NCBI GenBank assembly: GCA_012295275.1
Contig: CM022671.1
Location: forward strand, 25,172,001-25,236,000
Origin: Chrysomallon squamiferum
Taxonomy: Eukaryota; Animalia; Mollusca
Direction of reading: 5' to 3'
Length of the DNA: 64,000 nucleotides
Shown: positions 13,802-27,320 of the stretch, piece by piece
Numbering within the stretch: position 1 is the first letter of the stretch
How the letters are laid out: each line of letters opens with the position of its first letter
The notes under the pieces: model-generated
Database searches by the model: none
Seen by the model: only the letters and a program-made list of their open reading frames with translations
Told to the model about the DNA's origin: nothing
Position numbers and translations under genes: made by a program

Positions 13802-14534
13802 TATTTATTTAAGTTCTGATTGCCATTGACAGTTGTATTTTTGTTGGTTTTTTTTCGTCTGTTGAATGCACGAATAGTAACCTCCAAAAATATAAACAGT
13901 CAACGAAATGGACTGCTGATCGTTAGAAAAGTATCTGGCGAGATTTTATGATTCAATAATCATAAGACGATTACAGCATAATTTGGAAAATTAAGAAATA
14001 TACTATTATCCTATCTTCACTTCCCACCATTTTCAAGTAATAGCTAAGACATGATCATATAAATAATAAAATAACATATTTCTTTATTTGTTATTGTTTT
14101 CGGTATTTTTTTATCTTATTTTATTTTAATTGTTTTGATGGAGTTAGACGGAACTGTTATATAAATGAACTTTAAACAGTTAATTAAAAATAAATGTGAC
14201 TGTACGCTACAGACCGAAATTTCGATTTTGAATTGTGTACTGACACTTCTGATTAAGTGAGAAGAAAAAACGTTGTCATTATATCATCGTAATCAAAATG
14301 TTCCATCACCCATTTTCCCCATTATTTTGCATGTATCGGATAATAGTCTATTGAGGGGCGGGGATTTACTTATCGAAGATATCGCTGGAGATAAAAGAAA
14401 AACAAAAAAAGAAAATCACTAATAATAATCAAATATGAAAGCAGAATATTTGTTTCATTCCGCAATCTACCACTGACCTCAAAGGGATGGAACTGAAAAC
14501 TGTTTTGGAAAACGTATTTCAAATTTTCGTTATT

Positions 14535-14573
<39 letters not shown>

Positions 14574-15318
14574 CTCAGATCGTGCCTAGAATAAACTATA
14601 ATCATTGCGACAAACATACATATTTAGGGATAAAACCGTTTTAAGTTATAACATCAACATCAGATAGACAGAGATATATGATTGTTATTGTTGTTCTAGT
14701 TTAATGGTAATTATTATCACGGATTTGCCAACAGATTCTAATAAAACGATTGACTGGAAGAATGTTCTGTGTGTTTAATCTGTTTATTCAGTTTCGTTCA
14801 TATCTCTACATTTTAAGCAAAACAAACAACTGAAAAGATAATCTAATAATAAATCTTATTTAAAAAAAAAAAGTAATAATAAAAATTCAAAAATGATAAT
14901 AAAAATAATAGTACATCTAAAAAGTACAACAACACTGTCTGGCTTATCCATTTTCCTACTTTAATTTTAGATTCGTGAAAACGTTTGAATTCTGAAAATG
15001 AACTTTAAAGTACACAAGGAATATATATTTATCAGTATTTATAATCTCCACTCTTCTGTACGTGTTAACAACTTAAAGAAATGCTTCAGTGTCGTATCAG
15101 ATGTCGAAAGCGCACACCTGCGCCTGATATACTGGTTGCACAGAATTTACCAGTAACTAAACAGTGTTTAGAGATGTCTGATTAAGAAAAAGTAAGTCAC
15201 AGTTCTTTTCTTTTTTTATCATTATAAAATTAAAAACAGATTAGCTGTCTTCTATATATTTTTTTTTTTTTTTTTTTTTTCCCACTGTAGGTCTGGCATT
15301 CCTTGATGATTATTTTTA

Positions 15319-15349
<31 letters not shown>

Positions 15350-15429
15350 TTTTCAAGAACGGAGTATTGTTTGAAATGTTTTTCTTGTCTTTTTTTTATT
15401 TATTTATTTATTTTTTTTTTTTTTTTTTG

Positions 15430-16734
15430 CTATTTAATTAATTTGATTTGTGTTGACTGCTGGTTATTTACTTAATTTGACTTTTAGAATTTGTCTTTTA
15501 TTTATTTTTTTTTTTTAATCTATTTCAGCTTTTTTTTTTTTTAACTTATTAGGTTTATTTATTTAGTTTACATTCTAATTTTTTTATTTAATTTAATTTT
15601 TATTATATTTATATAGTCATTATAGTTTTATTATTATTTATTTATTTATTTATTTTAATTTAAATTTATTTGTTTATTTGACTTTATTTTTTATTTTTTA
15701 TTTTTTATTTAATTTTTTTTTTTTCCGAGTCTTCTTCCAACAGATATACAGGTACCGGTCCAATTATCCGGACTCCTTGGGGCCTGAGGCATTCCGGATT
15801 TCATGATTTTCCGGTTTTCTCGTACCAAGGCATCTAAATACGTAAATAATTAGTCATACATTTTTTTAAATCAAAAACATAAAGAAAATTGACGATACAC
15901 AACTGTGGCGGCTCGACACGTAAACTATGCGGCGAGTGAATGAATGTCACGCGGCTTGAAAGAGTAGTTCCGGTCTGGTGAGGACAACACTCGCGCGCGC
16001 GAACTATGAAAACATCGTCGGGAAAAAACTTCCGGTTTTCTGGTCTTTCCGGACTTCATGTTGCCGGATAATTGGTTCGGTACCTGTATAAATATATTAA
16101 CAAATTTCCAAAAGTAAGCTAACAAGGTTAGATGATAACTGAATTCAACCAGAAATTGTCCCCATGAAAGGCGTACATTAACCAGTACTTTAGTTGCCAC
16201 TGGAATACGGACGAGCAATGAAAAAAACGAAACAATTGAACAGGGGGAAATAAACAACGAAAAATCATTTAGAAAGTGTTTTTCGTGATGCCGATAAGAC
16301 TGAAAATAAATGTTGTTCGTTTGTTTGTTTGTACTTGTTTTCTATACTGATAAAATTTCTCCCTAAAAACTGATGATGTAGTTTTAAGTCGCTATATAAA
16401 ATGACAAAGCGAGACAGCAAGGAAAAGTGCGGAGACAGGGTCTTAGGATGCAAAAGAAAGCGATACTAGTGATAATTTACAAACAGCATAATCAACATAA
16501 AACATTACTCAGAAATACACTTTTTTGAAAGTAATATACACCATCGTAATCTTTTTTGTTTCGTAGTTGTACACCAGTGTTTTGATTTTCATATTTTTTT
16601 AACTGTTTTTATTTAGTTATATATTTATTTTATTTTTTATTTTATTTTATTTTATTTTATTTGCCATCTAATTAATTTGATTTTCTGGTCATTTACTTAA
16701 TTTGTCTTTTAGATTTTTTATTTTATTTTATTAT

Positions 16735-16774
<40 letters not shown>

Positions 16775-16917
16775 TATTTCAACTTTATTTTATAGATTAC
16801 GTTTAATTATTTAGTTCACGTTCTAATTTTTTAATTTTCATTATTTTTTTTATATATATTTATATATTCATTAAATGTTTATTATTATTATTGTTATTAT
16901 TATTATTACTGTTATTA

Positions 16918-16959
<42 letters not shown>

Positions 16960-18137
16960 TAATTTCAATTTATTTGTTTATTTGACTTTAAGTAGATATA
17001 TAAACATATTAACAAATTTCCAAAAGAAAGCTAATAAGGTTAGATGATAATTGAATTCAACCAGAAATTGTCCCCATGAAAGGCGTGCATTAACCAGTAC
17101 TTCAGGTGCCACTGGAATATGGACGAGCAATGAAAAAAAAAAAATGAAAAACAATTGAACAGGGGGAAATAAAAAACGAAAAATCATTTAGAAAGTGTTT
17201 TTCGTGATGCCGATAAGACTGAAAATAAATGTTGTTTATTTGTACTTGTTTTCTATAATGATAAAATCTCTCCTAAAAAACTGATGATGTTCCTTTGTAA
17301 ATTATATTCCTTGATTTGTAACAGTTCAAGATGTTTGAAAATCGACGAGATAAGGAGATAGACATGACGACTGAAAGAAAAACAGATAACCAGAGATAGT
17401 ACAGACAAACAATTTTGCTTTGAGGGATATTTCTATTTCTTAATTTTGTTTTTTAATTATTATTATTATTATTAAGAATCAGGGTGTAATATTACATTTC
17501 ACTTTTTGATATTTTTTCACTTTGTGGGTGTTTTAGATTATCTTTAAAAATAAAGGCAATTTCAGTTCCCTGAATAACACACCTGGGCCCAATACATGTC
17601 TTACAGTCGCACAGAGTCGGAAACGCTGATGAATTGATATATATTAAATAAAAAGTAAAGCACTGTCTTGACTCACAAAAGTATAAGCGATTATAGATTA
17701 ATTTTCTATCATCTATTACAGGATACCTCATTTTTATGGGAAACCTCGAATTATTTTATTGTTTTATATGAACCTTCTTACATGAATGAAAGAATCAAAT
17801 ACAAACTTTGTTCATCTGTTGAGATCTGTTGCACTTGTAAATGACAATATGAATTGTTCTTCGATCCTTCCCAGATCATGCCAATGACCTAATTACAGTG
17901 CCATAGCCGCTGCAGAGATGTAAGTAGTTTTAACTCGCTATATAAAATGACAAAGCGAGACAGCAAGAAAAAGTGCGGAGATAGGGTCGTATTATGCAAA
18001 AGAAAGCGATACTAGTCATAATTTACAAACAGCATAATCAACATAACACGTTACTAAGAAATACACTTTTTTGAAAGTAATATACACCATCGTAATCTTT
18101 TTTGTTTCGTAGTTGTACACCAGTGTATTGATTTTCA
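15430..18137 (+). repeat. tandem segmental duplication (copy A ~15430-16592, copy B ~16665-18137)
   Basis: Near-identical blocks, e.g. 'aacaaatttccaaaag..gaattcaaccagaaattgtccccatgaaaggcgt' at ~16100 and ~17011, and 'gctatataaaatgacaaagcgagacagcaag' at ~16391 and ~17937. Confidence 0.93.
15749..16086. mobile_element. 338-bp MITE with TA target duplication (Tigger/pogo-like)
   Basis: 23-bp TIRs CAGGTACCGGTCCAATTATCCGG / CCGGATAATTGGTTCGGTACCTG, flanked by TA at 15747-15748 and 16087-16088. The empty site is visible in the paralogous copy at ~16993-17010 ('tagatatataaacatatt'). Confidence 0.92.
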
Positions 18138-19670
18138 TTTATTTTATTTTATTTTATTTTATTTTTTACTTTATTATTATTGTTTTTTTCAAATATTAAA
18201 TTCAATTCTACATCTAACCTTCACACAATTCTATTTAACCGAAAACATTTTACTCTCTTGTGGACGTATAAATTTGCTCGTGTCTAAGAATCGGTAGGCG
18301 CATTCATGTTTTTCATTAACAGTGACACGAAAAATAAACTATTCTTCAAAATATGTGTGTACATAACGATAATATATATATATATGTATGTATGTATACA
18401 CATAAAACTAATTACTGGAAATACAGAAATACTTTTTGATCCAATTAAATCAATTGTCCTATCGTTACTCTCGTCAGGCTTTGTTACGAAACGAGAACGC
18501 AGAGTGAATAAGTTTACACCACAGTTATATTCAGTTGAGAAGTCAAAGAAAGACATAACACGGCAATTAGTCAGCTGAAGCCAGCGACACGGCAGAGATC
18601 AGTGATGGTATCAGTGGCAGTGAGGATACTAAAATAAGGTAATTAAAATCTAGTGAAACTTGGCTATTTTAGAGAAAGAATCACTTGACAGAGTTTTCAA
18701 CAATACCGAGTTAACTGTATGAACTTTTCTTTTTCTTCCTTTTTCTGACGATATATTTCGAGAGAACCAAAAGAACCGTGCAGCATATGTGACCTACATT
18801 TTTAAATCCTGTTTCGGTTTCACGTGATCCGGATTTAGAATTATTTCGTACCAAAACAGAAATATTTCTGTGCTTCTTTTTGTTTGTGAAGAGTTTTGTG
18901 AGTACACATTTATGTTTATTATTCTTTGTCGCTTTATAGATTTCCGCAAGTTGAATGCCCTTGGAAAAGAGCAAGATTGTAGGTTAACGTAACACTTACA
19001 GAGACGTGCTTTGCTACAGCCTTTTTTTACTTCTTCTGTTTTATTTTCATACCGGTTTCTTTTATTAACGGGTTTTGTGGATATAACTTTTTGATTCATT
19101 TTATTGTTGTTCTTTTTTTTATTTTTTTTATATAATTTTTTTATTTTTTATTATTATTATTATTTTTTTTTTTTATGTTTGTTTTAGTTTTAGTTTTTTC
19201 GATTAGCGCTAACAAAACTAAACTTTTCAGACATTACTATTAGTGTATATTTTCGCTGCGTAAAGTTCACTTCGAAATAAACCTATCATCGTTTTCAATG
19301 TCATTTTAACGACCAAAAAAAAAAAAAGAAAGAAAAAAGAACGTTCACAATCATTACGTTCTCTTTGGGGACGGCATTAAATAGAATAATATTTTTGTCC
19401 ATTATTACAAAAAAGAACGGGTTTTACGTGATATTCGTTATTCTTCCTTTTTCCTTTTTATTGTATCTTTGATTAATTTTCCAAAGTAAGTATTTCTCAA
19501 TTCCTCTACCACTGATTAAGGGATAGACATTCTTCGAAAGTGAAATACTTTAATTACTCTACTATTGAATAAAATTTAGTGTACCGTTGTTTATTTAAAG
19601 TGAATGGTTTTCTTTAGAAAGTAACAGTTAATGTTTTGAATTAAAATAATGTTTTTAATATTAATATTAA

Positions 19671-19720
<50 letters not shown>

Positions 19721-19987
19721 TACACTGCGATTGTGCTATAACGCTTCCTTTGCAAGCGGAAATGTTACAGAATTTTTAACTTTTAATTATTTTGTCGCAG
19801 TAGCCTTTCTTCGAAAAAATGAGTTTTTGTGGATAGTATTAGTCTTAATTATCTTGTGTCTAATTTCTGGACGTGTCTTCAAACAGAAAGTAAATGTTTC
19901 TGTAGTTCGTTTTAATTGCCTTGTCCAGGAGATACGGTTTTCTTCACATGGTAGAAATTATTGTTTCTGGATTTGAATTTATTAAAA

Positions 19988-20019
<32 letters not shown>

Positions 20020-20020
20020 T

Positions 20021-20051
<31 letters not shown>

Positions 20052-20432
20052 TTCTGTTGTGATCGTGTTAATGAAGAAAAATTTAGAAATTTAATTACCG
20101 AAGTCTGATTAAGATAAATGGTTTCCTTGTTTTACTTTTATTTACTATAGTGGCTTATACAGTATTATATAATATATATATATAATATATATTACATCAT
20201 TACCTTATATTATATTATATTATACAAACATTTTCTTTTATTAAAACATATTTTCTGTAGTAACTTCTTCGGATCAATTTCAGATTCAGCAGACAAAATG
20301 GATCTTCCTGAATCCATACAACAGCAAATGAAGTCTTCACATCAGGCCAAGCAGTCGATTTCCTTAACTACTGTGGAATAATCGCACAGAGGTGTTTCCG
20401 AGAAATCAGATTTCAAACTGAACTGCAATGTC

Positions 20433-21464
20433 ATGAACCAAACAGAAAGTCCAGTTGTAAACACAACGGAATCGAGCGCCCTCGAGTTCACCAACATCTT
20501 CGACGTCTTCGAGACTCTCATTCTAACGTTCATTTCCATCGGCTTGGTCCTGAACATTATTGCCATGGTGTGCTTCACTAACATCAAGAAAAGCGGACAC
20601 GTTGTCTGTGTCATGGGACTTACGTCGGGGAACATCTCGGCGTGCCTGTCTGTGTTACTGTTGTTTCCGTTCGTTATTTCGAAAACCTACAACGTGTTTG
20701 CGTCTGCGCTCGTAACCGTGTTGCTGGCGTCGTACATGGTTTCCTCTCTGAACATTCTGTGCATCAGCGTGGGTCGTCTCGTTGCGGTGGTGCTGCCTCT
20801 ACGCTACAGTAAACTCTTCTCCGTCAGAAGAATGAGATTTACCGTGATCTCATTCTGGATTATATCCCTCGTAGTTCACGTCATCATAGCTCTCACGGTG
20901 ATTGACCTTTTCGCTTGTGTCGATCTGGGTCATGCGATGTCAGTGAAATTTCGGCCATTTCTGTTGACGTACGGTACAGTAGGGCTGTTCGCCACTGTCG
21001 TCGTTTACGGAAGCGTCATCGTGTCTCTAATTCGAAAACGTTACGATTTTAACACCGTTTCAGTCAACACTTCTATCATTGAGCTGGACAACTTGAGCAG
21101 TCAGCAGGTTTCACACAACAGTACTCCGTCTCCAGCCAAACCCCAGCCGTGCAGGTTACATATTCTCGTTTCGCAAAAAATTCGAAGAATGGCCAGCCCA
21201 AGACTGAAAGCAGTTTCGACTCTGACGACGAAAAGAGCTGTTGCGAAGCTGGGAATCCTTGTGATCGTCCATGTTACATCGGGAACGATAAATCTTATTG
21301 TTTCGGGGATGATGCGTCAGAATTCCGTCGCGCATCCACACACCTTTGGCGTCTCAATTTTCACCATGAGTTTAGCGTCGATATTTGACTGTTTGATTTT
21401 TCTTGCGACTTTTAAAAATTTAGGAAAGACTGTGACAAAGTTGTTTATCTGCAAAAGTAATTAA
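20433..21464 (+). CDS. orphan rhodopsin-like (class A) 7TM GPCR, single coding exon, 343 aa
   Basis: Long ORF with raised GC and seven hydrophobic segments. N-glycosylation sequons in the N-terminus (NQT, NTT). TM1 Asn (GLVLN), TM3/ICL2 'CISVGRLVAVVLPLRY', TM4 Trp, TM5 Tyr (VVVYGSV), basic TM6 start (KRAVAKL). Candidate upstream acceptor 'ttttctgtag' at 20260. Confidence 0.9.
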   Translation: MNQTESPVVNTTESSALEFTNIFDVFETLILTFISIGLVLNIIAMVCFTNIKKSGHVVCVMGLTSGNISACLSVLLLFPFVISKTYNVFASALVTVLLASYMVSSLNILCISVGRLVAVVLPLRYSKLFSVRRMRFTVISFWIISLVVHVIIALTVIDLFACVDLGHAMSVKFRPFLLTYGTVGLFATVVVYGSVIVSLIRKRYDFNTVSVNTSIIELDNLSSQQVSHNSTPSPAKPQPCRLHILVSQKIRRMASPRLKAVSTLTTKRAVAKLGILVIVHVTSGTINLIVSGMMRQNSVAHPHTFGVSIFTMSLASIFDCLIFLATFKNLGKTVTKLFICKSN

Positions 21465-21720
21465 TTACTGACGGATAGTCAAGGTTTCTATATGGATGTG
21501 TAACAAGTTAAAAATGTGCATATAATTGGAAAAAAATAAAAAAAGGTTAATTGGATTAATGAAAAAGGAAATAAAATAAATGCCTGGATTTTAATTATTT
21601 CTGTACATGTAAGATCAAAGAGATGCATGCAATCAGGATTGTAAAAAAAAAAAGTCATTTATTGCATAATATTATACAATTTTGAAAACATAAAAATTCA
21701 CATGTATTATTATTTGTGAT

Positions 21721-21797
<77 letters not shown>

Positions 21798-23041
21798 ACA
21801 AAAATCTAAATAGATAAAACACAGACGCCAAAAATAACCAAAATGCTAATATTTCAGTGTGTTTTCTTTTTATAATTATTTATTACAGATATGTTGTAAT
21901 TTAAATAAGTCAACGCAGTTGGTCAACTTTCAGTAGGGTTAACTCGGAACAGTATCGTCCAATTTTTATTTATTTTTGTTAATATTCCGTATAATTATAT
22001 TTCACTGTAAGCTAAAAACATACTGCAGTTACATTAAACTAGTTGAACTTATTTCTTTGAATTGATGATATTGGCTACAAAATTTTATAACTGAATTATA
22101 TCACTGATTAAAAAGAAAAAAGAAACAAGAAATGTTTTATGTGTTTTGTTGATGAGTACCAGATCAGACTGTCAGTGGGTTAATAGGTCAATCAGTCAAA
22201 ACTCAGTAATGAAAGAAGTAAGATATAAATAAAATGTTACACTACAATTTTTTTTTTTATTAAAAACAAAAGAAACAACAACAAATAACCGATTAAACCA
22301 GGATCGAACCTATCGAATTACTATACAAGTTCCTGTAACCTTTATATTTATTTATTTATGTGTATTTGTATTTTATATAAACTTTTTAAACAAAATTCAC
22401 TGCTTCCAGTTTTTGTTAAAACGGTAACTATTATATTTTTAAAAAAAAAGGAAAAAAAAAAGGTGTGTACATCAAGTTAAACATCCTACTGTTTAATTTA
22501 AACCGACTTTTAAATTGAAAGAATATAATAAGTACGTGAGAAATTCAATCTGAAAAATTACATCAGAATACAAATCATATATGTTATCTGCAAATGTATT
22601 AATAGCAGTAGTAGTAGTAGTAATAAAAGTAGTAGTAGTAACATCATCATTATCAATATCATTATTATTATTGTTATCATCATCTTCATCATCATCATCA
22701 TTATTATTATTACCATTATTATTATCATTCAGATCATTTTTTTTTTTCCTAGGTAACTTTAAGTCTGATCGCGATATCAAACGTTTGACATTAGGGGTTC
22801 TTCTGTCTTTTCTTTCCTTTTTTTTTTTTTTTTTTTTTTTTTTATTAATTCCTACGTTGTCTTGATCACACAGAACTGGAAGATCAGTTAGAAAGATAAT
22901 CGAATGATTTGCATAATGTAATTAGCCCACATAATTTCCACTGAACAAAAAAATTAATCTGTCTGATGTAGAGGAGAAAGAAATATGGAAGATAAAGATG
23001 ACGATTATCTTGCCCACAGAGGTGATGAATAGATGTAATGG

Positions 23042-23074
<33 letters not shown>

Positions 23075-23281
23075 CAACGACGCTGATGCTGCTGAAAACC
23101 ATTTGACGACAATATATGTACAGACATACATACCCAAACGATTACATGCAGATAGCTATTTTTAAATCTACTCAGATTGTAATATAATTTAATTGTAAGT
23201 GAGCAGCTATTGAATACTTTTTTATTTGGACAGATGGAAGTGTGTGGATGGGTGTATCACTGAGGACTACTGATACATACT

Positions 23282-23321
<40 letters not shown>

Positions 23322-23493
23322 AACACACACACACAGTTAGGTATTTAAAACAACATCATTGTTTGCTTAGAAGGGGAATCTTTAAAATATTAAAAAAAAA
23401 ATTAAATTAAATAAAATAAAATAATTAATACGCCACAGACAAGGTAAACTGAACAGTAAAATTATTTTTTCTTAAATATTATTATTATTATTA

Positions 23494-23527
<34 letters not shown>

Positions 23528-23940
23528 TTCTTTCTTTTCTTTTTTTTTTTTTTTTTTTTTTTTTGATATAACAAATAACTATAGAAAGCTGAATTGGCAT
23601 AAAACGGAAATAAAAATAATAATAATAATAATAAATAAAGAAATTATTATAAAATGACTTAATAGGATTAATTATTTCTGTCACTCATATTAAAAATTTA
23701 ATTTTATTTATTTTTTTTGTTTTATTGTTAACTGGAAGTTTTCTTTTTCGTATATTATTACGTTATTGTTTTTTATTTTAATTTGTCATCTGTTATTAAA
23801 TTTATTTCCTAATTACATTTTCATTCCCGCGAGTCAACGCAAGAAGAAAAAATTACGACATTTGTTAATTCCTTTTGCACTTTCTTAACAAAGTTACAGG
23901 GATGAATGACTTTCGTAACGAGTAAAAATGATTTTCTCTT

Positions 23941-23977
<37 letters not shown>

Positions 23978-24629
23978 TCTTCATATATTAATCTTGTTCC
24001 TGCTTCAGTTTTTGCGTTGTTCTTTATTTCATGCCTACTGCTTCTTTGTCGGTGGTATGTCACGACAGACACTAGACACTAACCTGACAGACGTTGTAAA
24101 TCGGTTAGCTGATTCCAGGTCGTCAACTCACTTCATACCGCTGACACACATTCGGTTCGAGAAACGAGTCAAACTGAAATTTCTAAACGTACGAACTCTT
24201 TCTGATGAGCAATACGTGCGTCTGGAACAAAGGATACACTTTACTTTACTGAGACAGAATGAAATCTGTTGAACAAGTCTGTTGAATACCGATATGATTT
24301 AGAATCAATTAGCCAATATTAAATTATTAACACATTACTGAAACCCCGCACAAGATTCTATATGATAACTGACCAGTAAGTCAAGATGATCAGATATGTT
24401 CAGAGCGATCACAGTATTAGGTTTAATTTGCTGTTAATCGTCTTAATAATAAAATGACCTCTCTAGAGGGCTTTGAACAGGGGAGAAAATCTGTTTTAAT
24501 CAATAATTCATCTTAAATAATTTCATTTCCAGTTGTATTTTATGCCACACTGCATTAATGTCTTGGGTTACATATATTCTTTATTCGTTTATTTTCTGTT
24601 AAGTCTTGTTTGTTTTGTTTTTTTTTTTG

Positions 24630-24660
<31 letters not shown>

Positions 24661-27236
24661 GTGTCTTTTGTTATTAAAATTATTATTATTATTATCATTA
24701 TAATCATCATCATCATCTTTATTATTATTATTATTATTATTATTCATTCATTCATTCATTCATTCTTTAATTCTTTATTTTTATTTGTTCGTTCATTATT
24801 AATATTCAGTATGTTTGCGATAATTTAATTATGACCAGATCAAGACTCGTGATGAGATTACAAACAACCAGCATGTTTACAGTTACATTTTTTTTTCTTC
24901 TAATCGAAATTTTATCGAAGCTTTAATGACATCCTGCACGTGATTAGAAAAAAAATAAAATAAAAGTAACTGCGACAGAAATTCAGCATAAGTCAGACGT
25001 TTGATTCTTTATAATTGTTTCTCTTCTGAGAAATCCGCCATAATTACATCTCGTTAGGAATCAGCTTCAGGCTCTCCATTATCAGAAATATCTCTAGTAA
25101 TTTCGCCTCACTCAAAACACTAGTAATGTTTACGAGCATCTGAAAACAATGTAATTTTGCATAACTGGAACTAAGAGGGGACAGCAGGGCACGTACAAGC
25201 TCCCTTCCCTATTTCTGCAAACGGATTTAATTCATTAACTTTAATAGAACGCCTTTCACACTTAAAACTATAAGAATTACAAACGATATAACTTTTTTTT
25301 TTTCTCTTCCTTAATTTCTGTTTTCGATTATGTATTTGTACGATTAATTCTTTTTTATTTTTTTTTTTTATTTTTTTAAATTTTTTTAGCTGAAGAAAGA
25401 GTAGAAAATGAACTTTCTAAATATGGCTTTCTGAATGAAGATATTGGCGTCGTAACCTCTAATTTATCCACAGAAACACAACAAATTATTAATTGCCCTT
25501 GAACCCTCTCTCTCGTGGATCTGACTTCTAGTGATACTGTGATTGATAACAACGATATATTCGAAATTTCCGTACAGTAATAATATGGACGTAGATATTA
25601 ATCGAAATGCATACTTCTGACATTTGTCTGGATATTTTTTTAATGTAAAAACTAGAAGATGATTATAAGATGCAAAACCTTTGATATTCTTGATTCACTG
25701 GTGCGGTCTAAGATCTCGGAATAAGGCGACCGCCACCACTGTAATAGATATAATTATCTTTCAGAAGAAAAGACCATCGGAAACCAAAGATACTGGAGAT
25801 GTGCATTGAGTGAGACGTGTCGACAGCCTAATTTGCAGACGAAGAATATAATTAACTGTTCTTTAAAAATAACCGGTTAATTGCTGTTTTACATATAGAA
25901 AAATGAATTTATTTGGCAAAATGTAAAAATACTGTAAAATGAATGTTTACAGATTAAATTCGTTTATGACTGATGTCAGTTAAGGGAGAGAAAAAATATT
26001 TGTTAAAAGTTCATAATCGCTTGAAAATCGATTTAGCGAAGACATTTTTTTTTTTTTTTTTTTTTTTTCTTTATCGTTTAGCTCGGAAACCTCAAAACGC
26101 AACAATTTTCCACACGATTACTTCTAAGCAGTCGTTCTCTACATCTCTTCCGTTTATATAAAGATAAAAAAAAAATATATATAAAAAAAGAGGAAGGAAC
26201 GGAAATGTAATTTCCAACTGAAATTGCTTGTAAGCTAAAATGTATCATTATGTTACTAGAGTTCACTAGAATAAAGAATAATGTAAAAGTACAATAACCA
26301 AAAAAAAAAATTAACTAACATTATGAACAGAATCAATGGGTGAATAAATAAGTAAATAAATTCACGGAATAACAGTATACGCAAAAGATACACAAAACTG
26401 TAGAGAACAATTATAACATTCTGACTTAATAAAGAAAGTCTGACTATTTGTCCATAACTATTTCACTATCAGTTTCAGTCTCTTTATTTTTTTTTAATAA
26501 TAATAATAAACATTATTATTTATTACAATTATTAAAAACATAAAAACAATAATGTTTTCTGTTAACTGAATTGATAATCCCGATCTTAAATTACATTTCT
26601 AAATTTTGCTTAATCAATTGAAAAAACAAAAAAAAGAGTCTGTCATCCTTCCATATGAATAAACAACGTTAAGTTAGCAGCATTTTTTTTAAATTTTACG
26701 TTTTTCCTTTTATCTACTTTGGTTTCTCGTCTTATTTTTTTTTCATTTTTTTATCACATTACTGAAAAACTTTAAAACAATAATTCGACGTTTGAATTGA
26801 TAATCCCATAAAATGATGAACCTAAATTTACTCAACAAGATTTGGAAAAAAAAAAAGTCTGTCTTAATTCAATAAAAAAAGGTTAACGGCAGCCTATTTG
26901 AGAGATAAAAAATACGAAAAAATGCGCCTTTGCGGATCGATCGTTTAAGAATAAGTTTTTTTTGTTTTTATCTGGTGGAACTTTGAAATCATGTGGGTTT
27001 TGTTTGGGAGGGTTTATAACACAGGTAATGTTGAACCTAAAGAAGTGCATAACAAAATGAAAAACGTTAACCAACAGGTTCATGGACAGTCGCAGGTTGA
27101 TATAATTAAACGTACACAAGAGATATATATATATAGAGATAAAGACGGAGAGAAGACTGAGTTATGCGTAGGTAACTTTATAGGTTGATGGATGCATTGA
27201 TGGAAAAGATCGATGGACTGAAGGACGGAAGGGTGA

Positions 27237-27317
<81 letters not shown>

Positions 27318-27320
27318 GAT
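27237..27320. repeat. (GATA)n microsatellite
   Basis: Directly visible tetranucleotide run. Confidence 0.95.

Noticed and set aside
20342-21388. Antisense and alternative-frame ORFs overlapping the first GPCR (also 33051-33332)
   Set aside because: Shadow ORFs of a GC-richer coding region; no independent motifs.
22296-22315. B-box-like GGTTCGATCC on the minus strand; also an A-box-like TGGCCCAGTGG at ~32336
   Set aside because: Each lacks its partner box and any cloverleaf, so there is no tRNA gene call.
24200-24235. CTGATGA motifs (here and at ~16370, 17626, 38019, 54650, 62970) checked as hammerhead ribozyme cores because a Penelope-like element is nearby
   Set aside because: None has a stem II followed by GAAA together with closing stems I/III.
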